DNA from: Nocardioidaceae bacterium
Lineage (GTDB): Bacteria > Actinomycetota > Actinomycetes > Propionibacteriales > Nocardioidaceae
Assembly (NCBI GenBank): GCA_035762105.1
Contig: DASTPU010000228.1
Location: forward strand, 6,806-70,805
Length of the DNA stretch: 64,000 nt
Direction: 5' to 3'
The position numbers and the translations under genes were made by a program. The notes beneath the pieces were generated by a model. That model did not search any database. It had not been told where the DNA came from and worked only from the letters and a program-made list of their open reading frames with translations. Positions 44,923 to 53,926 of this stretch are shown here, piece by piece; position 1 is the stretch's first letter, and every line of letters starts with the position of its first letter.

Positions 44923-45622
44923 GGCCCGCGAGAGCCACGACGTGCTCAGGGTGGTGATCGGCCATCCCATGCGCACCTGGGCGGACGCCCTGGAGCGGCT
45001 GCTCGCCCCGCGCTGGGACATCGAGGTCATCACGGCGCACACCAAGCCCTCGTGGGTGCGGAACGCCGTCATCGCGCATCAGGCCGACATCTTGCTGACG
45101 CACGCCGAGGCACCTGCGGGTGACATCGCGGAGAGGCTGGCCGGGCTCTTCGAACACGCCCCTGGGCTGGGCGTGGTCGTGATCAGCGACTCTCGCGACC
45201 GGGCGCTGCTCAACACGGCGATCCGGTCCGGCGTACGGGGCTGGGTGGAGCCGACAGCCTCCCTGGAGCACCTGGTGCGCGTGCTGCACGGGGTGTCCCG
45301 CGGCGAGACCTGGTACCCACCCGCGCTGATGACCCCGGTACTCGAGTCGCTGCTCGACGAGGACGGGGCACGCGACCGGCAGAGCTCGGCGCTGGCCCCC
45401 CTCTCCGACCGCGAGCTCGAGATCCTCGCCTGCCTCGCCCAGGGCCTGACCCGTCGCGAGATCGCGGAGCGGCTGACGCTCTCGCCTCACACCGTCCGCA
45501 CGCACATCAACAACCTGCTGCACAAGCTGAACGTGCACAGCGTGCTCGCGGCCGTGTCCGTCGCACGCCAGTCGGGCATCCGGGAGTGGGACGACAGGGC
45601 CCGGAAGCGGAATCCCGTGTAG
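44876..45622 (+). CDS. Atypical LuxR-type response regulator with degenerate receiver (start uncertain, possibly GTG at 44906)
   Basis: Intact LSDRELEIL...TVRTHINNLLHKL HTH; receiver-like region lacks the DD pair, acceptor Asp and Lys. Confidence 0.82.
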   Translation: MPHHRHPRPAVPPVGEARESHDVLRVVIGHPMRTWADALERLLAPRWDIEVITAHTKPSWVRNAVIAHQADILLTHAEAPAGDIAERLAGLFEHAPGLGVVVISDSRDRALLNTAIRSGVRGWVEPTASLEHLVRVLHGVSRGETWYPPALMTPVLESLLDEDGARDRQSSALAPLSDRELEILACLAQGLTRREIAERLTLSPHTVRTHINNLLHKLNVHSVLAAVSVARQSGIREWDDRARKRNPV

Positions 45623-45739
45623 CCACTCTGGCGTAGGGAACATCGGCACCTTGCGCGATTCGTCAACCGAGGTCCGTACCTAGATTCGAACCAGTCCCCA
45701 GTCCCGGGGGCTGGTTCGTCGTTTCTGGGGGGTCTTCGC

Positions 45740-46921
45740 GTGCACCACAACACCGTTCCGTTCTCGAGGCCGGTGATGGCTCCCGGCACCGACAGGGCGG
45801 TGGCCCGGGTGCTGGAGTCGGGCTGGCTCACGACGGGCCCCGAGTGCGCCGCGTTCGAGGACGAGTTCGCGGCGTACGTCGGAGCCCGCCACGCCGTGAG
45901 CGTGTCCTCGTGCACGGCCGCCATCGAGCTCTCCCTGCGGGGGCTCCACCTGCGCGAGGGGGCGCGGGTGCTCGTACCGGCGATCACCTTCTGTGGCGCC
46001 GTCGAGGCCGTGGTCCACGCCGGTCTCGTGCCTGTGCTCTGCGACGTCGACCCGGAGACCGCAGAGGTGACCCCTGAGACCTGTGCACGCGCGGCGTACG
46101 AGGCCGGGGGTGTCCAGGGGCTCGTCGTCCTCCACTACGCGGGCTCCCCCGCGCCCGTCGCCGACCTCGCCGCCGCCGCCGGCGTGCCGCTGACCTGCGT
46201 CATCGAGGACGCTGCGCACGCACTCGGGACGTGGGTCGGAGACAAGCAGGTCGGCGCCATCTCCCGCGCGACGTGCTTCAGCTTCTACGCGACGAAGAAC
46301 CTGCCGATCGGCGAGGGTGGGATGGTCACCACCGACGACCCCGAGCTGAACGACTGGTTGAGGTCCGCGCGGCTGCACGGCATGTCCAAGGACGCCTGGC
46401 GCCGCTACCAGCCGGGAGGGGCGTGGCGGTACAGCGTCGAGGAGCCTGGCCTGAAGGCGAACCTCTCCGACGTGCACGCCGCGATCGGGCGGGTGCAGCT
46501 GGGCAGCCTCGACGGCTGGCAGGCACGCCGGGCCCAGATCGCGAGCAGGTACCACGAGGCACTCGAGGACGTCCGCGGCCTCGGGCTACCGCGCAACCCC
46601 GCCGGCGGACGCCACGCCTGGCACCTCTACGTCGTCCGGGTGAAGCCGGAGTTCGGCATCACCCGCGACGACCTCATCGACCGGCTCGGCGCCGATGGTA
46701 TCGGCACGTCGGTGCACTTCATCCCGCTCCACCACATGCCGCGTTACCGCGCTGCCGCGCACTACTCGGTGCGGGGCCTGCCCGGAGCCGACGCCGTGTT
46801 CCCTGAGCTGCTCTCGCTTCCCATGCACCAGGGGCTCGCCGACGACGAGGTGGACACCGTCACCCGACGCATCAAAGAGCTTCAGTCCTGCGTACTCACC
46901 CCGGAGGTCACACAGAAATGA
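45740..46921 (+). CDS. DegT/DnrJ/EryC1/StrS family sugar aminotransferase
   Basis: SGWLTTGP, IEDAAHA, FSFYATKNL, GEGGM, HAWHLY, LSLP. Confidence 0.93.
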   Translation: MHHNTVPFSRPVMAPGTDRAVARVLESGWLTTGPECAAFEDEFAAYVGARHAVSVSSCTAAIELSLRGLHLREGARVLVPAITFCGAVEAVVHAGLVPVLCDVDPETAEVTPETCARAAYEAGGVQGLVVLHYAGSPAPVADLAAAAGVPLTCVIEDAAHALGTWVGDKQVGAISRATCFSFYATKNLPIGEGGMVTTDDPELNDWLRSARLHGMSKDAWRRYQPGGAWRYSVEEPGLKANLSDVHAAIGRVQLGSLDGWQARRAQIASRYHEALEDVRGLGLPRNPAGGRHAWHLYVVRVKPEFGITRDDLIDRLGADGIGTSVHFIPLHHMPRYRAAAHYSVRGLPGADAVFPELLSLPMHQGLADDEVDTVTRRIKELQSCVLTPEVTQK

Positions 46922-48405
46922 CGATCGTCAACGGCGTCAGCCTTCCCACCGACCTGCGACCCGTCGAACGGCGTCTCCTGCGCACTCTGGTCGTCGGGGC
47001 CGGCGTGGCGGGGCGTGCCCTTGCTCGTGACCTCGGGGCGACGCCGCAGTTCGGGCTCCAGCCGATCGGGTTCGTGGACGACGACCTGGACAAGGAGGTC
47101 TCCGACTACCCGGTCCTCGGCCCTCTCGACCGCGTGGCGGAGATCGCCTTGATCCAGAACATCGAGGTCGTCGTAATGGCCATCCCCGGCCTCGACCCGG
47201 ACGTCTTCCGCAAGGTCGCCCAGGGCGCGGCTGCGGCAGGCGCGAGCGTGCGCTACCTCCCCTCGTTCGTCGCAGCGCTGGAGCGGCGGGTGGTCGGCAG
47301 CGACATGCGCTGGCTGGACGTCGGTCAGCTCATCGGTCGCGACGAGGTCCATGTCGTGAGCTCGGCAGCCGGCGAGATGATCAAGGACAAGGTCGTCCTG
47401 GTCACCGGCGCAGGCGGCTCGATCGGCAGCGAGCTGTGCCGCCAGGTGTTCGGCTTCGAGCCTGGTCGGCTGGTCATGCTCGACCACGACGAGTCGAACC
47501 TCCACCGGCTACAGCTGGAGCTCTGGGGCGAGGGCCTGCTCGACAACGACGACTGCTGCGTGGCCGACATCCGGGACCGGGTACGCATCGACCAGGTCTT
47601 CGAGGAGGTCAAGCCGGACCTCGTCTTCCACGCGGCGGCTCACAAGCACCTTCCTCTCCTCGAGCGGCACCCGTGCGAGGCGGTGAAGTCGAACATCACC
47701 GGTACGGAGAACGTCCTGTGGGCGGCCCTGAAGCACGCGGCCGACCGGTTCATCCTCATCTCCACCGACAAGGCGGCGGACCCCACCTCCGTGCTGGGAG
47801 CGACCAAGCGGCTGGCCGAGCTGCTGGTGCAGCAGGAGAACGGCGGCTCGACCAAGGTGGCCTCGGTGCGCTTCGGCAACGTGCTCGGCAGCCGCGGCTC
47901 CCTGCTCACCGTGCTCGCCGAGCAGATCAACAGCGGCCTGCCGGTCACGGTCACCCACCCGGAGATGACGCGCTTCTTCATGACCATCGAGGAGGCCGCC
48001 GGCCTGGTGCTCGAGGCGGCACGTCTCGCCGACCAGGGCGAGGTCTTCGTCCTCGACATGGGTGAACCGGTGCGCATCGTCGACATCGTGCACTCGTTCG
48101 CCCAGCTCCTGCACCGCAGTGACGTGCAGATCCGGTTCACGGGGATGCGTCCGGGCGAGAAGCTCAACGAGACGCTGTTCAGCGAGAACGAGAACCCGGT
48201 TCGCACGGAGCACCCGCGGATCTTCCGCACCGAGGTGGCGCCCCCGTCGCGGGGGTTCCACCACCTGCTCCGGACGCTCAACCACGCAGCCGAGAACAAC
48301 AACCGCGAGGCGGTACGGGCGCACCTCCGTGCGCTGCTCCCCGAGTACAGCCCCCTCGTCCCCTCCGTCCCCGCACTCGCTGCGCCCTACCCCGACGACT
48401 ACTAA
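46918..48405 (+). CDS. Nucleotide-sugar 4,6-dehydratase (PglF/CapD/WbpM family), no N-terminal TM region
   Basis: VVGAG, TGAGGSIGSE, FHAAAHKH, ISTDKA, VRFGNVLGS, RPGEKL. Confidence 0.92.
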   Translation: MTIVNGVSLPTDLRPVERRLLRTLVVGAGVAGRALARDLGATPQFGLQPIGFVDDDLDKEVSDYPVLGPLDRVAEIALIQNIEVVVMAIPGLDPDVFRKVAQGAAAAGASVRYLPSFVAALERRVVGSDMRWLDVGQLIGRDEVHVVSSAAGEMIKDKVVLVTGAGGSIGSELCRQVFGFEPGRLVMLDHDESNLHRLQLELWGEGLLDNDDCCVADIRDRVRIDQVFEEVKPDLVFHAAAHKHLPLLERHPCEAVKSNITGTENVLWAALKHAADRFILISTDKAADPTSVLGATKRLAELLVQQENGGSTKVASVRFGNVLGSRGSLLTVLAEQINSGLPVTVTHPEMTRFFMTIEEAAGLVLEAARLADQGEVFVLDMGEPVRIVDIVHSFAQLLHRSDVQIRFTGMRPGEKLNETLFSENENPVRTEHPRIFRTEVAPPSRGFHHLLRTLNHAAENNNREAVRAHLRALLPEYSPLVPSVPALAAPYPDDY

Positions 48406-49373
48406 TGGACCCGCAGGACCGGCCGCCCGGGGAAGGTGAGGAGCCTGGGCTGGTACCGCCCTATGCCTCGTCCCACTTCCTGGGCTTCCTGCGTGAGCGC
48501 GACCTCGCAATCCTCGACGTGAGGCGCGGAGCAGCGCCGGAGAGCCGACGGCTCCTCCTCGGCCGCCCGGGCGGCACCCAGGTCGCCTGGGTCGTCGCGG
48601 TGGCGCACGGTCCCCGGGAGAACAACGCCGTCGACAACGAGGAGCAGGTGCTGCGGCACGCCCACAGGGTGCTGCGAACAGGTCTCCGGAACAGCATCCC
48701 GGAGGTCCGGGAGCGCATCGAGGTGTACAGCTCCTTGGACGGGCTCCTGCTCACCGCAGTCCCCGGACTGAGCGTCGGCGAGCGCCGGCGGACCGCGCAG
48801 CGGACCAGGGAGCTCCTCATCGCGATGCCGCGCTGGATCGGCGGGGTGTGGACCGACTCCGCGTCCGGAACGGCGCGCACGGACCTCGGCGCGGCGGACG
48901 TGCGGAGCGTCCTGGAGCAGCACCAGCCGATCCCTCGCCTCGAGCCGGCCATGGACGCCATCCGGCGGGCCCGGCTGCGCATCGCCGAGCACGAGGTCCC
49001 CCAGACGCTTACCCACGGCTGCCTGTGCCCGCGCCACGTGACCCACGTCGAGGGAGTGGTCGGCGTGGACGACTGGGGGGCCGGCGCGATCGCAGGCGAC
49101 CCGCTGCGCGACGTCGGCCGGTTCGCCGTCGGTGTCGCGGGCGGACGGCTGCCCGAGGTGCTGTCCGGCAAGTCGGCCTTCGCCGGCGAGATCCGGCAGT
49201 TCCTCGGCGCCGTACTCGTGCACACACCGGTGCCCCCGCAGCTGTGGCGCGAGGTACTGGTGCTGGCACAGCTCGAGCTGGCGATGGAGTCGCTCGAGCG
49301 CGCAGATCCGAACGGAATGCACCTGCTCAGCCGCGCCGTGCGGCTGAGCAGGGCACTGACCAGAACGAGGTGA
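48405..49373 (+). CDS. Aminoglycoside-phosphotransferase-like protein with degenerate catalytic motif
   Basis: LTHGCLCPRHV...GVDDWG...GDPLRD aligns by eye to HGDLxxxN...DW...GDPxxD. Confidence 0.62.
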   Translation: MDPQDRPPGEGEEPGLVPPYASSHFLGFLRERDLAILDVRRGAAPESRRLLLGRPGGTQVAWVVAVAHGPRENNAVDNEEQVLRHAHRVLRTGLRNSIPEVRERIEVYSSLDGLLLTAVPGLSVGERRRTAQRTRELLIAMPRWIGGVWTDSASGTARTDLGAADVRSVLEQHQPIPRLEPAMDAIRRARLRIAEHEVPQTLTHGCLCPRHVTHVEGVVGVDDWGAGAIAGDPLRDVGRFAVGVAGGRLPEVLSGKSAFAGEIRQFLGAVLVHTPVPPQLWREVLVLAQLELAMESLERADPNGMHLLSRAVRLSRALTRTR

Positions 49374-49379
49374 AGAAAA

Positions 49380-50342
49380 ATGCACGCGATCGTGACCGGG
49401 GCAGCAGGGTTCATCGGCTCCCACCTGTGTTCCCACCTGCTCGACCAGGGCGACGAGGTTGTGGGCGTCGACTGCCTGACCGACTACTACGACCCGCGCC
49501 GCAAGGAGGCCAACCTGGTCCCGCTGCGGGCCCGCGAGGGCTTCACCGAGCAGCGGCTCGACCTCACCAGCGCACCTCTCACGACGCTGTTCTCCAACGC
49601 GGACGTGGTCTACCACCTCGCCGGCCAGCCCGGCGTCAGGGGCTCGTGGGGCGAGAACTTCCTGCCCTACCTGGCCCGCAACATCAGCGCCACCCAGCGG
49701 GTGCTGGAGGCCGCCCGGGAGGTCTCCTTGTGGAAGGTCGTCTACGCGTCGAGCTCCTCGGTCTACGGGGCGGCCGAGAGCTACCCCACGACCGAGGACA
49801 TGCGTCCGTCACCGGTGTCGCCGTACGGCGTCACGAAGCTGGCGGCCGAGCACCTGTGCGAGCTCTACCGCACCACGTCGGGCGTCTCGACCGTGTCGCT
49901 GCGCCTGTTCACCGTCTACGGACCGCGGCAGCGGCCGGACATGGCGTTCTCGCGCCTGGTCGACTCGGCCCTGCACCAGGCGCCGTTCCTCCTGTACGGC
50001 GACGGCGAGCAGAGCCGCGACTTCACCTACGTGGGCGATGTCGTGACGGCGATGCGGGACGCCGCGCTCTCACCCTGGACCGGTGTCGCCAACATCGGCG
50101 GTGGCTCCCGGACCACGATGAACGAGGTCATCAGCGTGCTCTCGGAGATCGCCGGCCCGATCGACGTCGTACGTCTCCCTGCTCAGCGCGGCGACGTCCG
50201 CCACACCGCGGCGGACACGACGCGCGCCCGCGAGGGGTTCGGCTACGCCCCTCAAGTCACGCTTCGTGAGGGGCTCGCACGCATGGTCGCCGCCCAGCGG
50301 GACTTCGTCAGCGTCGATGTCGACCTGGAGCCGGCGCCGTGA
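49380..50342 (+). CDS. NAD-dependent nucleotide-sugar epimerase/dehydratase
   Basis: TGAAGFIGSH, HLAGQPGVR, SSSSVYG, YGVTK, YGPRQRPDMA. Confidence 0.92.
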   Translation: MHAIVTGAAGFIGSHLCSHLLDQGDEVVGVDCLTDYYDPRRKEANLVPLRAREGFTEQRLDLTSAPLTTLFSNADVVYHLAGQPGVRGSWGENFLPYLARNISATQRVLEAAREVSLWKVVYASSSSVYGAAESYPTTEDMRPSPVSPYGVTKLAAEHLCELYRTTSGVSTVSLRLFTVYGPRQRPDMAFSRLVDSALHQAPFLLYGDGEQSRDFTYVGDVVTAMRDAALSPWTGVANIGGGSRTTMNEVISVLSEIAGPIDVVRLPAQRGDVRHTAADTTRAREGFGYAPQVTLREGLARMVAAQRDFVSVDVDLEPAP

Positions 50343-51712
50343 GGTCTCTCTGGCCGGCGCTCCCCTCCCGTGTCGTCCCTCGGCGCGAGATGCCGGCCCA
50401 ACCGGAGCCCCCCAAGGTGAAGGTGCTTCACGTGATCACGCGGTTCATCGCGGGCTCGGGCGGGAACACCCTTGTCTCCGCCACCGACCTGGACCCCCAG
50501 AGGTACGAGAGCTGGGTGGCGGCAATGCCTGGCGGGCCGCTCTGGGAGCAGGCCACGGCTGCGGGGGTCCGCGCAGCTCCCCTCGCCCACATGCGCGAGC
50601 GCATCTCGCCGGTCCACGACGCCCTTGCGTGCTTCGAGCTGGTCCGGCTGATCCGGCGGGAGAAGTTCACCGTCGTGCACACCCACTGCTCGAAGGCGGG
50701 CTTCATCGGCCGCGTGGCGGCGCGCATCGCGGGTGTGCCCGTGGTCGTCCACACCTTCCACATCCTCGCCGCTCACGAGGGCCTCGGCCGCGGCACCCGG
50801 CTGGTCTACCGCATTCTCGAGCGATGCGTCCGCCGCTTCGCGCACAAGTACGTCGCCGTCGCGCCGCGCGTCGCGAGGGAGGCGGTCGAGCAGAAGATCG
50901 CTCCACCGGGCGACGTCGTGGTCGTGCCTTCGGCCGTCGACCTCGACGGTATCCCCGTGACCGCCGCGCCTGAGGTGCGGCAGGAGCTCGGCGTGCCCCA
51001 TGACGCACCGCTGGTCGGCACCGTGGGGCGGATCGTCGCCCAGAAGTGCCCCCTGGACTTCGTACGGATGTGCGCGACGATCCATGCCGAGCGGCCCGAC
51101 GTGCGGTTCGTCATGGTCGGCGACGCCACCTTGGAGAGCGCGGACCTCGAGTCCGAGACCCGCCGGGAGGCGGAGCGCCTCGGTGTGCCGGTGATCTTCA
51201 CCGGGTTCCGCCCGGACGCTCCCCGCGTCGCCGCTGCGTTCGACGTATACGTGGTCCCCTCGTTGTACGAGGGACTCGGGCGTGCCGTCACCGAGGCGAT
51301 GGCCTCGGCGCGCCCCGTGGTCGCCACCGCGGTCAACGGCGTGCCCGACCTGGTCGCGCCTGGCATCACCGGCCTGCTCGCGGCGCCCCGGGACCCGGAG
51401 GGTCTCGCGGCCGCCGTGCTGTGGATGCTCGACAACCCCGAGCAGGCCTCGCGCATGGGTGTGCAGGGCCGGGAGATGGTGCGGTCGCACTTCGCGCGCG
51501 CGGTGATGTGCAACGCCCTGGACGAGCTGTACTGCGAGCTGCTCGGGCTCCCGGTCCCGGTCGCATCCGACCACGGCACGGCCCCGGCCGTCCCGGAGCA
51601 GGTCCGCCGCGCCGCGGCCGCGGACACGCTGACGCTGCCCGTCTCCCCGTCGTACGACGTCTACGCCGATAGGCGGACGCATCGGACCAACGGTCGACCT
51701 AGCGTGATGTGA
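50339..51712 (+). CDS. GT4 family glycosyltransferase
   Basis: LHVITR, VHTHCSKAG, HTFH, EGLGRAVTEAM. Confidence 0.9.
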   Translation: MRSLWPALPSRVVPRREMPAQPEPPKVKVLHVITRFIAGSGGNTLVSATDLDPQRYESWVAAMPGGPLWEQATAAGVRAAPLAHMRERISPVHDALACFELVRLIRREKFTVVHTHCSKAGFIGRVAARIAGVPVVVHTFHILAAHEGLGRGTRLVYRILERCVRRFAHKYVAVAPRVAREAVEQKIAPPGDVVVVPSAVDLDGIPVTAAPEVRQELGVPHDAPLVGTVGRIVAQKCPLDFVRMCATIHAERPDVRFVMVGDATLESADLESETRREAERLGVPVIFTGFRPDAPRVAAAFDVYVVPSLYEGLGRAVTEAMASARPVVATAVNGVPDLVAPGITGLLAAPRDPEGLAAAVLWMLDNPEQASRMGVQGREMVRSHFARAVMCNALDELYCELLGLPVPVASDHGTAPAVPEQVRRAAAADTLTLPVSPSYDVYADRRTHRTNGRPSVM

Positions 51713-51742
51713 AGTCGCGGAAGAACGCACCAGGGGGGCCAT

Positions 51743-52909
51743 GTGTTGCAAGAAAGTCAGCCGGACGGCGCCGTCCTGAGCGCCCGCACGCCGGCGGCCC
51801 GTCTGCGGATCCTGCACGTCCTGCTGCAGGCAGGCCCGACCAACAGCCAGTGGAACGAGCACTGCGTGCCGGTGGCGGACGAGCGCGACCTGACCGTCTG
51901 CTCGCTGTTCCCCGCCACCGTGGCACCGGACCCGCGCATCACACGGTTCGAGGGTGACGGCTCGGTGTGGGGCGCCCTGGAGGCACTCCGCGCCTCCCTG
52001 CGGGCAGCCGACTACGACGCCGTCCACGTGCATGCTCCGCCGAGCGCGGCGATGCTGGTCGCGGCCTGTGCGCTGGAACGCCGGAGGCTCGGCAACGCGG
52101 TGATGACGCTGCACACCACCTGGCCCGACCTCCGCCTGCGCAGCAAGATGCTGGCAGTGGCGGCGTTCGCGGTGCTCCCGACGGTCGTGGCCTGCGGCCG
52201 CGCCTCCTCGGAGAGCATCCCGCGACCGGTCCGCCACCTGGCTCGACGCGGAGTCGACGTGGTGCCCAACGGCGTCGACGTCGACCGCTTGGACCGGGCT
52301 CTTGCCACGGTCGAGCCTGAGGCCGGCCACGTCCGCGACGGCCGCGCGGTCGGCGGCTTCACGGTACTGACCGTCGGCCGCCTCGTCCCGGAGAAGGACC
52401 ATGAGGCCCTCCTCTCCGCCTTCGCGCGGATGTCCCGGCCCACGGACCGCCTGCTCATCGTCGGCGAGGGACCGTGCCGCCCTGCGCTCGAGGAGCGCAT
52501 CGCAACCCTGGGGATCACTGACCAGGTCAGGCTCACGGGCCTGATGCCCCGTGACGACGTCTACCGGCTGCTCGGGTCAGCCGACGTGTTCGTCTCGCCG
52601 TCCAGGGGCGAGGGGCTCCCGGTCGCCGTGCTCGAGGCGATGGCCGCCGGGCTGCCCGTCGTACTGTCCGACATCGAGCCGCATCGAGAGATCGTGGGCG
52701 GCCAGGACCTCGCCGCGGTCGTGCCGATCGGAGACGTCGCCGGGCTGGCGGACGAGATGCGCCGCCTGCGGAGCCTGGCGGCACGTGAGCGCGCCGCCCT
52801 CGGTGCCCGGGGCCGCGCACGGGTGCTCGGCGAGTTCAGCCTCCGGGCGATGACCGACGGATACCACGAGGTCTACTCGACGATCACGACTGCACGGAGG
52901 ACACAGTGA
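51743..52909 (+). CDS. GT4 family glycosyltransferase
   Basis: VVPNGVD, GRLVPEKD, EGLPVAVLEAM, LSDI. Confidence 0.88.
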   Translation: MLQESQPDGAVLSARTPAARLRILHVLLQAGPTNSQWNEHCVPVADERDLTVCSLFPATVAPDPRITRFEGDGSVWGALEALRASLRAADYDAVHVHAPPSAAMLVAACALERRRLGNAVMTLHTTWPDLRLRSKMLAVAAFAVLPTVVACGRASSESIPRPVRHLARRGVDVVPNGVDVDRLDRALATVEPEAGHVRDGRAVGGFTVLTVGRLVPEKDHEALLSAFARMSRPTDRLLIVGEGPCRPALEERIATLGITDQVRLTGLMPRDDVYRLLGSADVFVSPSRGEGLPVAVLEAMAAGLPVVLSDIEPHREIVGGQDLAAVVPIGDVAGLADEMRRLRSLAARERAALGARGRARVLGEFSLRAMTDGYHEVYSTITTARRTQ

Positions 52910-53874
52910 GCGAGATGCTCGACCTGCGGGACCTGGCGAAGGATCTTCGCCGGATGTGGTGGATTCCCACCTTCATGGCGCTGGCCGGCCTGACGGTCGG
53001 CAACGCGGCGGCGGCGCAGGTGGAGCCGATCTACCGCTCGGAGGCCACCGTGCTGGTCGGCCCCACCAACGGCGCGGTCACCCACACCTCGACCATCCGG
53101 ACGAGCGAGGACCTGGCCAACTTCTACGCCGACATGGCCCGGCGGCAGATCATCCTCGAGCCCGTCGTGGAGAAGCTCGACCTTGGGCAGTCGTGGTCGG
53201 AGCTGCGCGACCAGGTCAGCGCCGTCGTGCCCGACGAGAACCTTCGGCTCGTCACGGTGACCGTGATGGGCAAGACCCAGGATGAGACCGACGCCGTGGC
53301 CAACGAGCTCGTCGACCAGCTGGTCGCGCTCAGCCCGGCCAGGCCGGGCAGCAACAACCAGGCCTTCATCAACGAGCAGGCCGACAGTCTCAAGAAGACC
53401 ATCAAGCAGACCCAGGAGCGCATCCTCCGTCTCGAGGCGGAGGCCCAGACCGCTGCGAGCGACCCCGAACGAGCAGAGGAGCTCCGGCGCGAGATCACCG
53501 TCGCCGAGGACCGGGTCGGCAGCTGGCAGCGCATCTACGTGGAGCTCATCGGCACCGAGCCGAGCTCGGACGCCGGCGGCCTCCAGGTGCTGGACGAGGC
53601 CTCGACCGTCACCGCCATGGACCGCTCGAGCCCCATCAGGCGAGCAGGGATCGCGGGTCTCGTGGGTGGCGTCCTCGGTGTCCTCGGGATCTGGCTGCTG
53701 AGCAGGCGGAAGCGGCGACGAGGGGACCCGCCGCTCGGGGCGGAGCTGCTCAGGGCCGTGGGCGCGGAACCGCCGAACGCCCCCGCAGGGCATCCGGTGG
53801 CGACCGCCGACCCGAGGCGCACGAAGCCCCACAGGCCCAACGGCGTCGCGGTGCGAGCAAGGACCAGGCAGTGA
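52906..53874 (+). CDS. Wzz-like polysaccharide co-polymerase / chain-length regulator
   Basis: LRRMWWI TM, PIYRSEATVLV, coiled-coil-like middle, C-terminal TM; no tyrosine kinase domain. Confidence 0.75.
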   Translation: MSEMLDLRDLAKDLRRMWWIPTFMALAGLTVGNAAAAQVEPIYRSEATVLVGPTNGAVTHTSTIRTSEDLANFYADMARRQIILEPVVEKLDLGQSWSELRDQVSAVVPDENLRLVTVTVMGKTQDETDAVANELVDQLVALSPARPGSNNQAFINEQADSLKKTIKQTQERILRLEAEAQTAASDPERAEELRREITVAEDRVGSWQRIYVELIGTEPSSDAGGLQVLDEASTVTAMDRSSPIRRAGIAGLVGGVLGVLGIWLLSRRKRRRGDPPLGAELLRAVGAEPPNAPAGHPVATADPRRTKPHRPNGVAVRARTRQ

Positions 53875-53926
53875 CGGACAGGGGTTGTCCTGGCAACGGT
53901 GCCACGGCGGCCGGAGGGGAACCACG

